Positions 37,867 through 50,725 of a stretch of 64,000 nt of DNA are shown in pieces. The stretch is taken from positions 272,428,001 to 272,492,000 of the forward strand of contig NC_091978.1 in assembly GCF_044704955.1 (NCBI RefSeq), read 5' to 3'. Within the stretch, counting starts at the first letter, position 1. Each line of letters starts with the position of its first letter. The notes beneath the pieces were generated by a model. It saw only the letters and a list, made by a program, of their open reading frames with translations. It ran no database searches and was not told where the DNA came from. Position numbers and translations under genes: made by a program. Source of the DNA: Pristiophorus japonicus. Lineage: Eukaryota.

Positions 37867-38277
37867 CTAGGCGTGCTCCCTGCGGATGCAGCGGGTCAGC
37901 TGGATGTCTTTGGGCATGATGGTGACTTGCTTGGTATGGATGGCGCACAGATTGGTGTCCTCAAAGAGCTCCACCAGGTAAGCCTCGCTGTCCTCCTGCA
38001 GGGCCATGACGGCCGAGGTCTGGAAGCGCAGGTTGGTCTTGAAGTCCTGAGCGATCTCCCGCACCAGGCGCTGGAAAGGCAATTTGCGGATCAGCAGCTC
38101 GGTGGATTTCTGGTCGTGGCAGATCTCCCTCAGAGCCACGGTGCTGAGTCTGTAGCAACGAGGCTTCTTCACTCTGCCTGTGGCTGGAGCACTCTTCCAG
38201 GCCGCTTTGGTCGCCAGCTGTTTGCGAGGAGCTTTCCCTCTGGTCGATTTGCGCGCTGTCTGCTTGGTCCTGGTCAT
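37867..38277 (-). pseudogene. H3: Histone H3 (H3.2-type), open 136-codon ORF but ~21 substitutions; probable pseudogene
   Basis: [24 protein letters not shown]...; stem-loop GGCTCTTTTCAAAGCC at 37806-37821; AAAGAGCTG downstream element; promoter ends just upstream of the TATA-like box. Confidence 0.9.
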
Positions 38278-38354
38278 TTTCTGAACAGATCTCAGCACAA
38301 TCTGCAACACACAAACTCTGAATGAGGCATTTGCCGCAGGTCTTTATTTTTAAA

Positions 38355-38653
38355 CGGAGTGACTATTTGTCCTAACTCTCGCTTCGGGGGACGCATGCGC
38401 AGAAGCAAAGGTTAGGACAAATAATCACCAACTCCTCCCCCCCGCCCCCCCACTCCGGGCAATTTACACTAACCCTTTTCTGTGAATGCGTCCTCCTCAT
38501 TCATTCCTGTTCATTCGCAAGCCACCAAGCTCTGAGCGGACGCGGGCTCCTTGGGGGCGGTAAGCCCAATATAGCTTGCGGGGCAGAACTTCCACATTTG
38601 ACGCAGGAACTCCCGCCTCGTGGCTGTTACGGGTGGTACCGAATTTCGTCCTG
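38355..38653. mobile_element. Harbinger-type right terminal arm (candidate Pack element right end)
   Basis: gggtggtaccgaatttcgtcc is an 18/21 inverted match to 28337-28357; shared gcggggcag(g/a)acttcc motif. Confidence 0.65.
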
Positions 38654-39351
38654 TTTAACCGTTGTTTGGAGGTTTTGCTTTGTACGGAAAATGATCCAAA
38701 AGCAAGTCTTTTGATTTGGCCTCATAAAACTTGCATTTGCCTCTTGTATCTCGCATGACACTTAAGTCGCTGTAAGTTCAGAGAAATATTTTTGGACAGC
38801 ATATTTGATTGATTTAAAATATTTTAAACAGGATTGCTAGTTGTTTCTATGTAATTGACTCTACTGGAACTTGTAAATCATTGTGTTATAGTTGTTGGAA
38901 TTTAAAATTGCAATGCCTGCAATCAGTGCCAGCTTTCATATTGGTAACTTTAGTTGCTTTGGGTTCGTCTAATGAATTCTGTCTAGATTATTGCACAGTG
39001 CTATTCCTAATTGCTTTACAAAGTCACTGACTAGGTTGAAAATGTCAGTTTATTCCCCCAGATTGAATGTGTCTTCTATGAATGTGCCCTTTGTACATAA
39101 TAAATATAAACAAGAATGCATCTGATTCAAAAACTAATCCAGTCTCTTGCAGTATTTCTATTATTACAGGTGCTCACATTTAATGTAAATTGCTAACATG
39201 CTTTTAACAGAAAGACTTGCATTTATATATCGCCTTTCCCGACCTCATTATATCCCAAAGCGCTTTACAGTCAATGAAGTACTTTTGAAATGTATTCCCT
39301 GTTGGAATGTTGTTTATGGGAGCTTGCTGTGTGCAAATTGGCTGCCGTCCT

Positions 39352-41490
39352 TACATAAGAACATAAGAAATAGGAGCAGGAGTAGGCTAGCTGGCCCCTC
39401 GAACCTGCTCCGCCATTCAATAAGATCATGGTTGATCTGATCATGGACTCAGCTCCACTTCCCTGCCTGCTCCCCATTACCCTTTATTCCCCTAACGCTC
39501 AAAAATCTGTCTATCTCCACCTTAAATATATTCAATGACTCAGCCTCCACAACTCTCTGGGGCAGAGAATTCCATAGATTTACAACCCTCTGAGAGAAGA
39601 AATTCCTCCTCATCTCAGTTTTAAATGGGCGGCCCCTTATTCTGAGACTAGGTCCCCTAGTTTTAGTTTCCCCTATGAGTGGAAATATCCTCTCTGCATC
39701 CACCTTGTCGAGCCCCCTCATTATCTTGTATGTTTCGATAAGATCAACTCTCATTCTTCAGAACTCCAATGAATATCGGCCCAACCTACTCTGCCTATCT
39801 TTATAAGTCAACCCCCTCATCTCTGGAATCAACCTAGTGAACCTTCTCTGAACAGCGTCCAATGCAAGTATATCTTTCCTTAAGTACGGAGACCAAAACT
39901 GTAAGCAGTATTCCAGGTGTGGCCTCATCAATATCCTGTATAGTTGTAGCAGGACTACTCTGCTTTTATACTCTATCCCCCTTGAAATAAGGGCCAACAT
40001 TCCATTTGCCTTCCTGATTTTGCTGCACCAACATACTCACTTTTTGTGTTTCATGCACAAGGACCCCCAGGTCCCTCTGAACTGCAGCACTTTGCAATTT
40101 TTCTCCATTTAAATTATAATTTGCTTTTCTATTATTTCTGCTAAAGTGGATAACCTCACATTTTCCCACATTATACTCCATCTGCCAAATTTTTGCCCAC
40201 TCACTTAGCCTGTCTATATCCCTTTGCAGATTTTTTGTGTCCTCCTCACAATTTGCTTTCCCACCCATCTTTGTATCATCAGCAAACTTGGCTACATTAC
40301 ACTTGGTCCCTTCATCCAAGTCATTAATATAGATTGTAAATAGTTGAGGTCCCAGCACCGATCCCTGCGGCATCCCACTAGTTACTCTTTGCCAACCAGA
40401 AAATTACCCATTTATCTTGACTGTTTTCTGTTAGTTAGCCAATCCTCTATCCATGCTAATATATTACCCCCAACCCCGTGAACTTTTACCTTGTGCAGTA
40501 ACCTTTTATGTGGCACCTTATCGAATGTCTTCTGGAAATCTAAATTCACCACATCCACTGGTTCCCCCTTATTCGCCCTGCTCGTCACATCCTCAAACAA
40601 CTTCAGCAAATTTGTCAAACATGATTTCCCTTTCATAAAACCATGCTGACTCCGCTTGATTGAATTATGCTTTTCCAAATGTCCCGCTACTGCTTCCTTA
40701 ATAATGGACTTCAGCCTTTTCCTAACGACAGATGTTAAGCTAACTGGTCTATAGTTTCCTGCTTTTTGTCTGCCTCCTTTTTTAAATAGGGGCATTACAT
40801 TTGTGGTTTTCCAATCCGCTAGGACCGCCCTAGAATCCAGGGAATTTTTGGTAGATTACAACCAATGCAGCCACTATCTCTACAGCCATTTCTTTTAAGA
40901 TCCTAAGATGTAAACCATCAGGTTCAGGGGACTTAACCGGCTTTAGTCCCATTATTTTACCAAGTACTACTTCTTGATAGTGATTGTATTAAGTTCTTCC
41001 CTCCCAATAGCCTCTTGATTATCCACTATTGGGATGTTTTTAGTGTCTTCTACCGTGAAGACCGATACAAAATTTTTATTCAATGTCCCTGTTCTCCATT
41101 ATTAATTCCACAGTCTCATCACCTAGGAGACCAACATTTACTTTAGCCACTCTTTTCCTTTTTATGTACCTGTAGTAACTCTTACTATCTGTTTTTATAT
41201 TCCGTGCTAGTTTACTTTCATAATCTATCTTCCCTCTCTGTCATTTTTTTAGTCATTCTTTTCTGGCTTTTAAAAGTTTCCCAATCCTCTGGCCTCCTAC
41301 TAGGCTTGGCCACATTGTATGCCCTTGTTTTCACCTTGATACCATCCCTTATTTCCTTAGTTAGCCATGGATGGTTATCCCTTCTCTTACAGTCTTTCCT
41401 TCTGATTTGGATATATTTTTGACGCGAGTTATGAAATATCTCCTTAAATGTCTGCCACTGCTCATCAACCGTCCTATACTTTAATCTATT
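39352..41490 (-). mobile_element. CR1 LINE (TTCTTATG subfamily), ~2.1 kb
   Basis: [26 protein letters not shown] motifs; tail acataagaacataagaa. Confidence 0.95.
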
Positions 41491-41585
41491 TTCCTATGTT
41501 ACAACAGTGACTACACTTCAAAATTACTTCATTGACTGTAAAGCGCCTTGAGACATCCGGTGGACATTGTTGAGTTTCAGGGTCT

Positions 41586-41881
41586 GTGATAAGGGGTAAG
41601 CCATTTAGGACCGAGATGAGGAGAAACTTCTTCACCCAGAGAGTGGTGAACCTGTGGAATTCTCTACCACAGAAAGTAGTTGAGACCAATTCACTAAATA
41701 TATTCAAAAGGGAGTTAGATGAAGTCCTTATTACTCGGGGGATCAAGGGGTATGGTGAGAAAGCAGGAAGGGGGTAGTGAAGTTGCATGTTCAGCCATGA
41801 ACTCATTGAATGGCGGTGCAGGCTAGAAGGGCTGAATGGCCTACTCCTGCACCTATTTTCTATGTTTCTATGTTTCTATGT
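41586..41881 (+). mobile_element. Short CR1 3' fragment
   Basis: Near-identical to 1415-1707. Confidence 0.92.
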
Positions 41882-42779
41882 TTGTCGAGTCTGAACAGCA
41901 TGGCAGAAACCGTAAACTTGCAACGTGGGGATGGTCCTGGGAACTCCCATCAAATCATTCCCTGTTTCACCACAAACAGTATGGCCAACTATGCAATCAC
42001 ATTATTAATTTTTGAGTAATATTGTAATATTTTAGAGGTGGCCATTTCAGGGTTCTACAAAGTGATGAGTGTGTTTCACATTCCCTGTTGGATTCAATCA
42101 ATGTTAATTTTAATAAGAAATCTTAGACTCACATCAGGCAAACAAATGAATAATTTTCTTCTCTCACATCAGCATGTAGAACTACCACCTTGTATGCCCA
42201 GGATCCCAAAAGTAAACATTACAAAAGTAGTGCTGACTATCTGAAGGGATACTTCACTTGACTGGAGTAACTTTTGGTCTGCCTCCTCTAAATATTAACA
42301 GTGAACTTGGAGATTTTGCTTACAATACCAGTGTTCCTGCCACTGGTATATATTAAAAATTGGACCCTGAAAATGATTTCTAGGATACCCTATTTACACC
42401 CTCTGTTTCTTACCATATATCCATCTTACACATTTTTACCCCTCATCTCTGACTGCTTGGGCTCAATTTTCCCCAAGTCCGTTTTCTGGCATATTGCCAG
42501 AGTTATGCCAGGTTTTCTAGGCCAGAAATGTGGCAGAAATATTTTGCCAAAGTTTCCCTGATCTATAATTCGAATTTGGCGCCGCGCAGCGTGTCCAGTC
42601 ATCTCAGGCTGCTGTCTGCGCGGGAAAAAAGTTACGTTTTTGACGTCGTTCCAATGGACGCGCATGCTCAGTACAGCTCGGATTTCGCAATCAGCCATTT
42701 TTAAAGAGCCAGTTGTGTGTGTGTGTGTGAGAAGGAGTGCTGTGAGAGCATTGGAAAATCACAGCTGGAGCAATGCAAG

Positions 42780-44340
42780 ATGCAACGTGGAGCAAGGACC
42801 AAGAATTTCTTACTGGAAGAAGTGGAGGCATTAATTACTGTGATTGAGAACAGATGGCAGGAGCTGGATACCAGCAGAGGTCACATAAATGTTCCACGAA
42901 AAGAAATGAAGAAACGCTGGAACCAAGTTGCAGAAGATTACTGCGCAGTGGTGAACACCACGAGATCTGGAAGCCAGTGTAAAAGGAAATGGCAGAACCT
43001 TGGTCAAGTAGTTAGTGTAAGTAATATTTTCATTTATTCAATGCAATTGTAAATGTGACCAGCTGTATATGTCCCACCCAGCAGAAAGACATCCTCTATA
43101 AAAAGTTGCATTTTCATCTTTGCAGAGGAAGGTGGCACATAACAAAAGGGAAAGAACTCGAACAGGAGGAGGCCCGGCAAATCTGCACCCACTGACACCC
43201 TTGGAAGAGAGGGTTGCTGCTTTGATGGGTACTGCCTGGAAAAAAGCAATCAGTACTGCATAAGCTGGGCCCACACTCAAGGGAGAGGATAAGTCCTGCA
43301 AATTCATCGAAGCCCTTCAAATCAACCTGCTGCCTGGTCTGTGATGTGTGAGCCTACTTCTGTTATCTTTTGCAGAACTGGAGGCCAACCCAGACAATGC
43401 AGAAGAAGATTCAGACGAGGATGAGCCTGAAGAGGAGAACATCTTCCAATCCAACCCTCCAGACCAAGAACATGGGGGGAAGGGGGAGGGGTTGGAGCTG
43501 GATGAAACTCCCACTGTTGTACTGAATATGGAGGAAGTGCTGCTCATGGAGGTGCCAGCCCCTTCTGTGACTAGTGGTTTGAATATTGGGACATTCCATG
43601 GTTTCCCACCTTCCGAGGTTGCAGGTCCCAGTGATGTAGTGCAGCAAGGCACACCCAGGGCCCCACCTTCTCAGGCTGTGGGTTCCAGTGGTGTGGTGCG
43701 AGCCACATCCCTGGGGAGGAGGGAAAGGAGAGCTCTCCTGAGATGCAGGATGTAACAGATGTGATTCAGATGATGACATTGAGTGGAAAGAGCACTGACC
43801 TTACCCGATCACTCCTGGACACCATCAGTGGGGTGAGTGATGAGGTAGCGGGACTGTCAGGAGAAGTAACAACACTCTCATGAGAAATGGGAATGATATC
43901 CGGGACCATCAGTGAGGGAATAGTGGCCATGAGGGAGAGAATGTCAGAGGTAGTGCAAACCAGGTCACTGGCCATGAGGGAGGGAACGTTGCAGGCCACT
44001 GAGACACTATCAGGGTGCATGAGGGATGGCATGTTGGAGTTAGCTGCTGCAATAAGGGAACACGCCTAGGCCCCGCGCCCATTGACAGAATTAACTGCCA
44101 CTCCCACTGCAATCCCCACACCAGCCTCTGAAGAGCCCAAAGCCGGGCCCTCCAACTTGCCGCCTGGGCCCTCCAACTTGCCGCCTGATGCTGAAGCCCC
44201 CCCACCCTCAAGACGTGCGCAGTACCTGAGATGTTAGAAGGAATAAGTTTGGTACCAAGCCCAGGACACTGCGCCACCGCCTGCGGGCAGAGGCGGTGGA
44301 GAGTCCAAGATCAAGTGCAGCGGCTGGTCTTCGAATAAGG
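42780..44340 (+). pseudogene. Harbinger Myb/SANT protein, 3 exons (42780-43016, 43126-43288, 43376-~44340)
   Basis: RTKNFLLEEVEALI..RWNQVAEDY..RSGSQCKRKWQNL|RKVAHNKRERTRTGGGP; acidic exon 3; internal stops; second donor mutated GT>AT. Confidence 0.88.
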
Positions 44341-45720
44341 GGGATGAGAGATGGGTGCAGCCTTTCTTTGCTGCTGCTGTTGTTGATATTATTGTTACTG
44401 TTGTAACTTCTCAAATTAAAAGTTTTTTGTAAGTCATGTAAATTTACAAGTTTATAAGTGACCTTAAAGTAAAGTTTAATACAAGAATAATTTTATTAAA
44501 GTTAAGTTAAGTACATTGTAAACTTTTGAATAAAATATATTTTACATTAAAACTGAAATATGTTCCAATAACACAACACAACATTACGGAACAGCTCCAA
44601 ACAATAAACATGTCCATGCGGAATAGTTGTCGCTGAGTCCTCAGGCATCAGTAAAGTGTTCACGGATGAGCTGCTGGCGCAAGGCTCGAGCAATAGTTAA
44701 AGGAGCATGATGGCCCGCCTTCCTCTGCTGTCGTGCTCCGGCCTCAGGCACTTGCATGCCTTCCTCATCCTCGTCATCCTGCTTCTCCTCCTGCATCTTC
44801 CACATCATTATCATCAGCCACTCTCACCGCAGGTGGGAATCCACTACCAAGTGCTGTTGCCTCATGATGGCTAAGTTATGCAGCATGCAGCACACAACAA
44901 TGAACTGACCGACAGCCTCAGCGGAGTACAGCAAGTAAAGCCTCTGGAATGGTCCGGGCATCGGAAATGCTGTTTCAATATGCCAATGGTCCTCTCAATG
45001 ATGCTGTGCGTCGCAATGTGTGACATGTTGTACTGACAGTCAGCTTCCATCCGGGTTACGCTTAGGGGCGTCATGAGCCAGATCGCGAGGCCATATCCTT
45101 CGTCTCCCAGTAGTCAGCTCTGCCCTTCTGGCTGCTGCTCAAACATGGCAGATATAATGCTGTTGCGTAGGATGAATGCATCATGGGTGCTGCCAGGGTA
45201 TCTTGCATCAACTGACATGATGCGATGCATGTCATCACACACAAGCTGCACATTAATGAAGTGGAAGCCTTTTCTATTCCTGTACATCTTGGAATCCTGC
45301 AAAGGTGCTCGCAAGGCGATGTGGGTACAATCAATGCAGCCCTATATCTTTGGGAAGCCAACAATCCTGGAGAAGCCCACATCCCTGTCATGGATTGCTT
45401 GGGCGGTCATGGGGATCTTGATGAATTCATTCCTCTGTGCATACAGTGCAGCCATGACCTGGTGAATGGAGACATGTGTTTCATGCTGAGAGATGGCGCA
45501 CACATCCCCAGTTACAGCTTGAAAAGATCCGGAGGCATAGAATGAAAGTGCAGCTGTAACCTTCAGTTTAACTGACAAAGCAGTCCTCCTAACGCTTCTC
45601 GGCTGCAGGTCTGCTTTCACCAACTCACAGATCTCATGGACAACTTATTTGCGGAATCGCAGCCTTCTGACACAGTCTGCATCACTCAGATGCAGGTACG
45701 AACATCTGTCTCAATATACC

Positions 45721-48700
45721 TGTTAAGTATGGAAGAATTCCACAAGACTGAGTACTGTGAGCTAAAACTGATGTGGCCTTAGTCTCTTTAATACAACTCC
45801 AGAGTGCCTAAGCAGAATGGCAGACAACCTTTTATACGCCCTTGCACGAGGTGTGCACGTGACCCTTGGGCCTCCAACAGTTGCGCCCTCTGGTGGCAAG
45901 TCTTACACAGTTACAATGTTTACATAAATAACATCACTCCCCCCCCCCAAGTCTTAGATACAAATTATTTACAAGTTGAGACAATCCGGGGCCATACGAT
46001 CCCTGGTTGATCGTCTGAGTTCAAACTCTGGCTTGGGTGAGTTGGTCGGACCATTGCTGCACTGCGGCGCGGCTGGTCTGAAAGGTCTGTTGGGAATGGT
46101 GGGTTTACCCTCTTGATTGACAGCGAGATTGATTGCTGGTTGGGTATGTGTTGGTGGATCGATGATGGTGATGTCCTCTTCAGGTTGTTCCTGGCTGTCG
46201 GTGAACAGCAGTTTGGTCTGATCCAAATGCTTTCTGCACGTTTGTCCATTCAGTAGTTTGACTATAAACACTCTATTCCCCTCCTTGGCCAAGACAGTGC
46301 CAGCGACCCATTTAGGACCATGACCGTAATTAAGGACAAACATAGGGTCGTTAACATCGATGTCACGCGATACAGCCGTGCGATCGTGGTACATGTTTTG
46401 CCGGTGACGCTGGGTTTCCACATGATCATTTAGATCTGGGTGGACTAGGGAGAGCCTGGTTTTGAATGCTCTCTTCATTAACAATTCTGCAGGGGGAACC
46501 CCAGTGACCGACTGGGGTCGCGTCCAGGAGCTGAGCAGAACCCGAGATAAGCAGGTCTGCAAGGAGCCTTCCGTCACACGTTTCAAGTTTTGCTTGATAG
46601 TTTAGACTGCCCGTTCCGCTTGACCGTTGGATACGGGCTTAAACCGGGCAGACCTGACATGCTTGATGCATTGCGGGTCATAAACTCATTGAATTCCGAG
46701 CTGGTGAAACACGGTCCATTGTCACTGACAAGGACGTTGGGCAAGTCATGGATGGTGAACGTAGCTCGGAGGCTTTCAATGGTGGCAGTGGATGTGCTGG
46801 ATGACATGATTACACATTCAATCCATTTAGAGTAAGCGTCCACAACAACTAAAAACATCTTTCCGAGAAAGGGGCCAGCAAAATCTATGTGGATCCTGGA
46901 CCACGGTTTGGAGGGCCATGACCACAGACTCAATGGAGCCTCCATTGGTGCATTGCTCAATTGTGAGCACATGTTGCACTGGTGTACGCATGACTCTAAG
47001 CCCGAGTTAATGCCGGGCCACCAAACATGAGACCTGGCTATAGCCTTCATCATGACTATGCCTGGGTGGGTATTGTGTAGGTCATGTATAAACGTTTCCC
47101 TACCTTTTATTGGCAAAACCATGCGATTACCCCATAAGAGACAATCCGACTGGATGGACATTTCATCTTTGCGTTGGTGAAATGGCTTAATTTTATCTTG
47201 CATTTTCCCGGAAACATCTGACCAGTTCCCATTGAGGATGCTACTTTTTACAAGTGATAGCACAGGATCCTGGCTGGTCCAGCTCCTGATCTGGCGAGCC
47301 ATGACGATGATCCTTCGCTCTCAAAAGCATCCATGACCAGAAGCAAGTCTGCGGGCTGCGCCATTTCCACCCCGGTAGTGGGCAATGGTAGTTCTCCATG
47401 CGGATAACATAGTCATAGGCGGATAATGTTAGTGCCCATCTTTGGATGTGGGACGAAGCATTGGCGTTTATACCTTTGCTCTCTGAAAACAGCGAAATGA
47501 GTGGTTTGTGGTCGGTTTCAAGTTCAAACCGAAGTCCAAATAGGTATTGGTGCATTTTCTTAACTCCATATACACATGCTAATGCCTCTTTCTCGACCAT
47601 ACTATAGGCTCTTTCAGCCTTAGACAGACTTCAAGACGCGCGTGCAACCGGTTGGAGGTTGCCCAATAAATTGGTTTGCTGTAACACACAGCCGACCCCG
47701 TACGAAGATGCATCACAAGCTAGTACTAAGCGTTTACAGGGTCATACAGTACAAGTAACTTATTAGAACAAAGTAGGTTTCTGGCCTTCTCAAAGCTGTC
47801 TCTTGAGATTTACCCCAAACCCAGTCGTCACCCTTGCGTAGCAATAAATGCAACGGTTCCAGCAAAGTGCTTAACCCGGGTAGAAAGTTACCAAAATAGT
47901 TGAGGAGTCCCAGGAACGAATGCGGCTCCATCACATTCTGTGGTCGAGGTGCATTCTTGATAGCCTCTGTCTCTTTGAGTCCGTGGGTCTGATGCCGTCT
48001 GCCGCAATCTTTCTCCCCAAAAATTCGATCTCTGGCGCCAGGAAATCACACTTGGAGCATTTCAGCCTGAGTCTCACTCTTTCTAGTCGACTTAGAACCT
48101 CTTCCAGGTTGTGCAGGTGTTTGGTGGTGTCATGACCGGTGATCAGGATGTTGTCTTGAAACACAACGGTGCGCGGAACCGATTTCAGCAAACACTCCAT
48201 GCTCCTCTAGAAGATGGCAGCAGCCAAGCGAATCCCAAAAGGGCACCTGTGGTATATACATAGAAACATCAAAAATAGGTGCAGGAGTAGGCCATTCGGC
48301 CCTTCGAGCCTGCAGCACAATTCAATATGATCATGGCTTGTACCATGGCTTGTAAACAGTCCTTTGTGCGTGTTGATGCATGTCAATCTTTTCGAAGATT
48401 CAGCCAGCTCCTGTGTCATGTAGGCGGAGGTTAGGTCCAACTTGGTGAATGACTTCTCCCCCGCTAATGTTGCGAACAGGTCATCTGCCTTGGGTAGCGG
48501 GTACTGGTCTTGTAATGAGACTCGGTTGATCGTTACCTTGTAGTCTCCGCAGATTCTGACCGTGCCATCGCTTTTCAACACTGGAACAATCGGACTGGCC
48601 CACTCTTTGAACTCGACTGGCGATATGATTCTCGTTGAAGTCTGTCCAGTTCGATCTCGACTTTCTCCCTCATCATATATGGAACCGCTCGAGCCTTATG

Positions 48701-50297
48701 ATGAACGGGCCTTGCATCAGGGACTAGATGGATCTGCACCTTGGCTCCTGTGAAGTTGCCGATGCCTGGTTCAAATAGCGACGGAAACTTACTCAGCACT
48801 TGGGTGCATGAGGCATCATCCATTGAAGATAATGCTTTGATGTCGTCCCAGTTCTATCGAATCTTTCCCAGCCAGCTTCTGCCGAATAGCATTGGGCCAT
48901 TGCCTGGTACAATCCACAGTGATAAATCATGCACAGCTCCATCGTACGATACCTTAACTGCCGCACTGCCAATGACTGGTATGAGCTCTTTGGTGTAGGT
49001 GCGTAGCTTTGTCTGAATCGGGCTCAGTTTGGGCCTTTGTGCCTTGTTGCCTCACAGTTTCTCAAAAGCCTTCTGGCTCATAATTGACTGACTCGCCCCC
49101 GTGTCCAACTCCATTGATACCGGAATACCGTTCAATTTGACTTTCAGCATGATAGGAGGGCTCTTGGTGGTGACCACTTCTTCCTCTTGAGGTTGAGTTG
49201 CCTCTCTTGTTTTTCTGCGTGATCCGCGCCGGATAGTTCATCCTCTGCTGACTCTGCCACATGGTGAGTCGCAGCACTCTTGCACATTCGCTGGCGATGC
49301 CCCATTGTTTCGCAGCCTTTGCATCTGTAGTGCTTGAATCGACATTGATGGACTCAATGATTACCCCCGCAGTGCCAACATGGTACTAATAGATTTGCAT
49401 TCACGCCCGATGGCGGACTCTGAGACATCCTAGGTCTTGCAGCTGCAGACGTGTTGGCCCTGGCATTTGCAGTTCTGCCTGCTAGTGACGTTATTTTATG
49501 CACAGTACTTGCCAGTGAGCTTCGATGTTGGGAAGATATCTGTCTGGTATTATCACTCATGGATATGAATGCCTGGGCTATCATGATGGCCTTGCTCAGG
49601 TCAGTAGCTTGCAAAGAATGACCTTGTGGCCGATACCAAGCACAAAAAAGTCCCACAGCATTTCCCCCCAAAATCCAGCAAATTTGCAAGTTTCCGCACG
49701 GCGTCTCAAGTCGGCGACATAACTCACCACGTCCTGGCCCTCGGAGTGGTGGCGTGTGTAGAAGCGATACCTGGCCATTGAGGCGCTCTCCTTCGGCTTG
49801 AGGTGGTTCCAAACCAGCATACACAACTTTGTATATGTTTTCTCCGCTGGTTTCTCCGGTGCTAGTAGATTCTTGATGAGGCCATATATTGTGGACCCAC
49901 ACACGGTGAGGAGAATCGCCCTGCGCTTGATCACTTTATCATCCCCATCCAGCTCATTGGCCATGAAGTACTGTCGAGACGCTCAACGAAGACTTCCCAA
50001 TCAACACCCTCGACAAATCTTTCTAAAATACCAATGGCAGCCATGACCGTGTGAAAGTTCGTAATCTGTTTCTCGTCGCCAATTGTTAAGTATGGAAGAG
50101 CTCCACAAGACTGAGTACTGTGAGCTAAAACTGATGTGACCTTAGACTCTTTAATACAACTCCAGAGTGCCTAAGCAGCATGGCAGACAATCTTTTATAC
50201 TCCCTTGCATGAGATGTGCAGGTGACCCTTGGGCCTCCAACAGTTGCGGCCTCTGGTGGCAAGTCTTTACACAGTTACAATGTTTACATACATAACA
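45721..50297 (-). mobile_element. Full-length decayed Ty3/gypsy (Mag-like) LTR retrotransposon
   Basis: LTRs 45721-45933 and 50084-50297; 5-bp TSD ATACC; PBS TGGCGACGAG (tRNA-Ser-like); G-rich PPT; gag/PR/RT/RH/INT ORF fragments. Confidence 0.96.
48258..48340 (-). mobile_element. CR1 tail inserted in the gypsy RT
   Basis: catagaaacatc..ataggtgcaggagtaggccattcggcccttcgagcctg interrupts NTHKGLF/IYHRCPFGI. Confidence 0.85.
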
Positions 50298-50609
50298 ATA
50301 CCCGAGGTGGGTAAGGCCTCCTGCCCTGCGGGCTCTGATGTTCTTGATGCGCTGACGTCGAATCAATTGTCTCCTACGTAGCACCATGATGCAGAAGGCT
50401 CGCACAAGGTATGGCATTTTCAGTATTGCCCCCATACTTAAAGTTAAACTTTCAAAGAAGCTCAAAATGGCTGGAAAGTAGGCAGCACAGGTTTGCAGTT
50501 CTCTCTCTCCCCAAGGTCTGTATGGATGGACCACACCCAAAGGTCTTGTGACCTCTCCTCTTTTCCCCGCCGCCCCCCCCCCCCTTGAGTCCTGTGACCT
50601 CTCTCCTGC

Positions 50610-50725
50610 CCCAGGCTACAAGCCGTAAAATCGGCTATCTCCCTCCCCAGGCTACAAGCCGAAAGATCGGCTATCTCTCTCCCTCCCCGGGCTACAAGCC
50701 GTAAGATCAGCTTTCTCTCTCTCCA
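50610..50725. repeat. ~37-40 bp tandem repeat (3 copies) in the Harbinger subterminal region
   Basis: cccc(a/g)ggctacaagccg(t/a)aa(a/g)atc(g/a)gct repeated. Confidence 0.85.

Larger units (their letters stand above)
44641..50435 (-). pseudogene. HARBI1-type DDE transposase split by the gypsy insertion (50435-50303 and 45720-44641)
   Basis: ALSFYASGSFQ, IDCTHI, YRNRKGFHFINVQLVCD, YPGSTHDAFIL, IIERTIGILKQHFRC motifs; frameshifts. Confidence 0.92.

Noticed and set aside
37750-38325. 191-aa plus-strand ORF
   Set aside because: Antisense shadow of histone H3.
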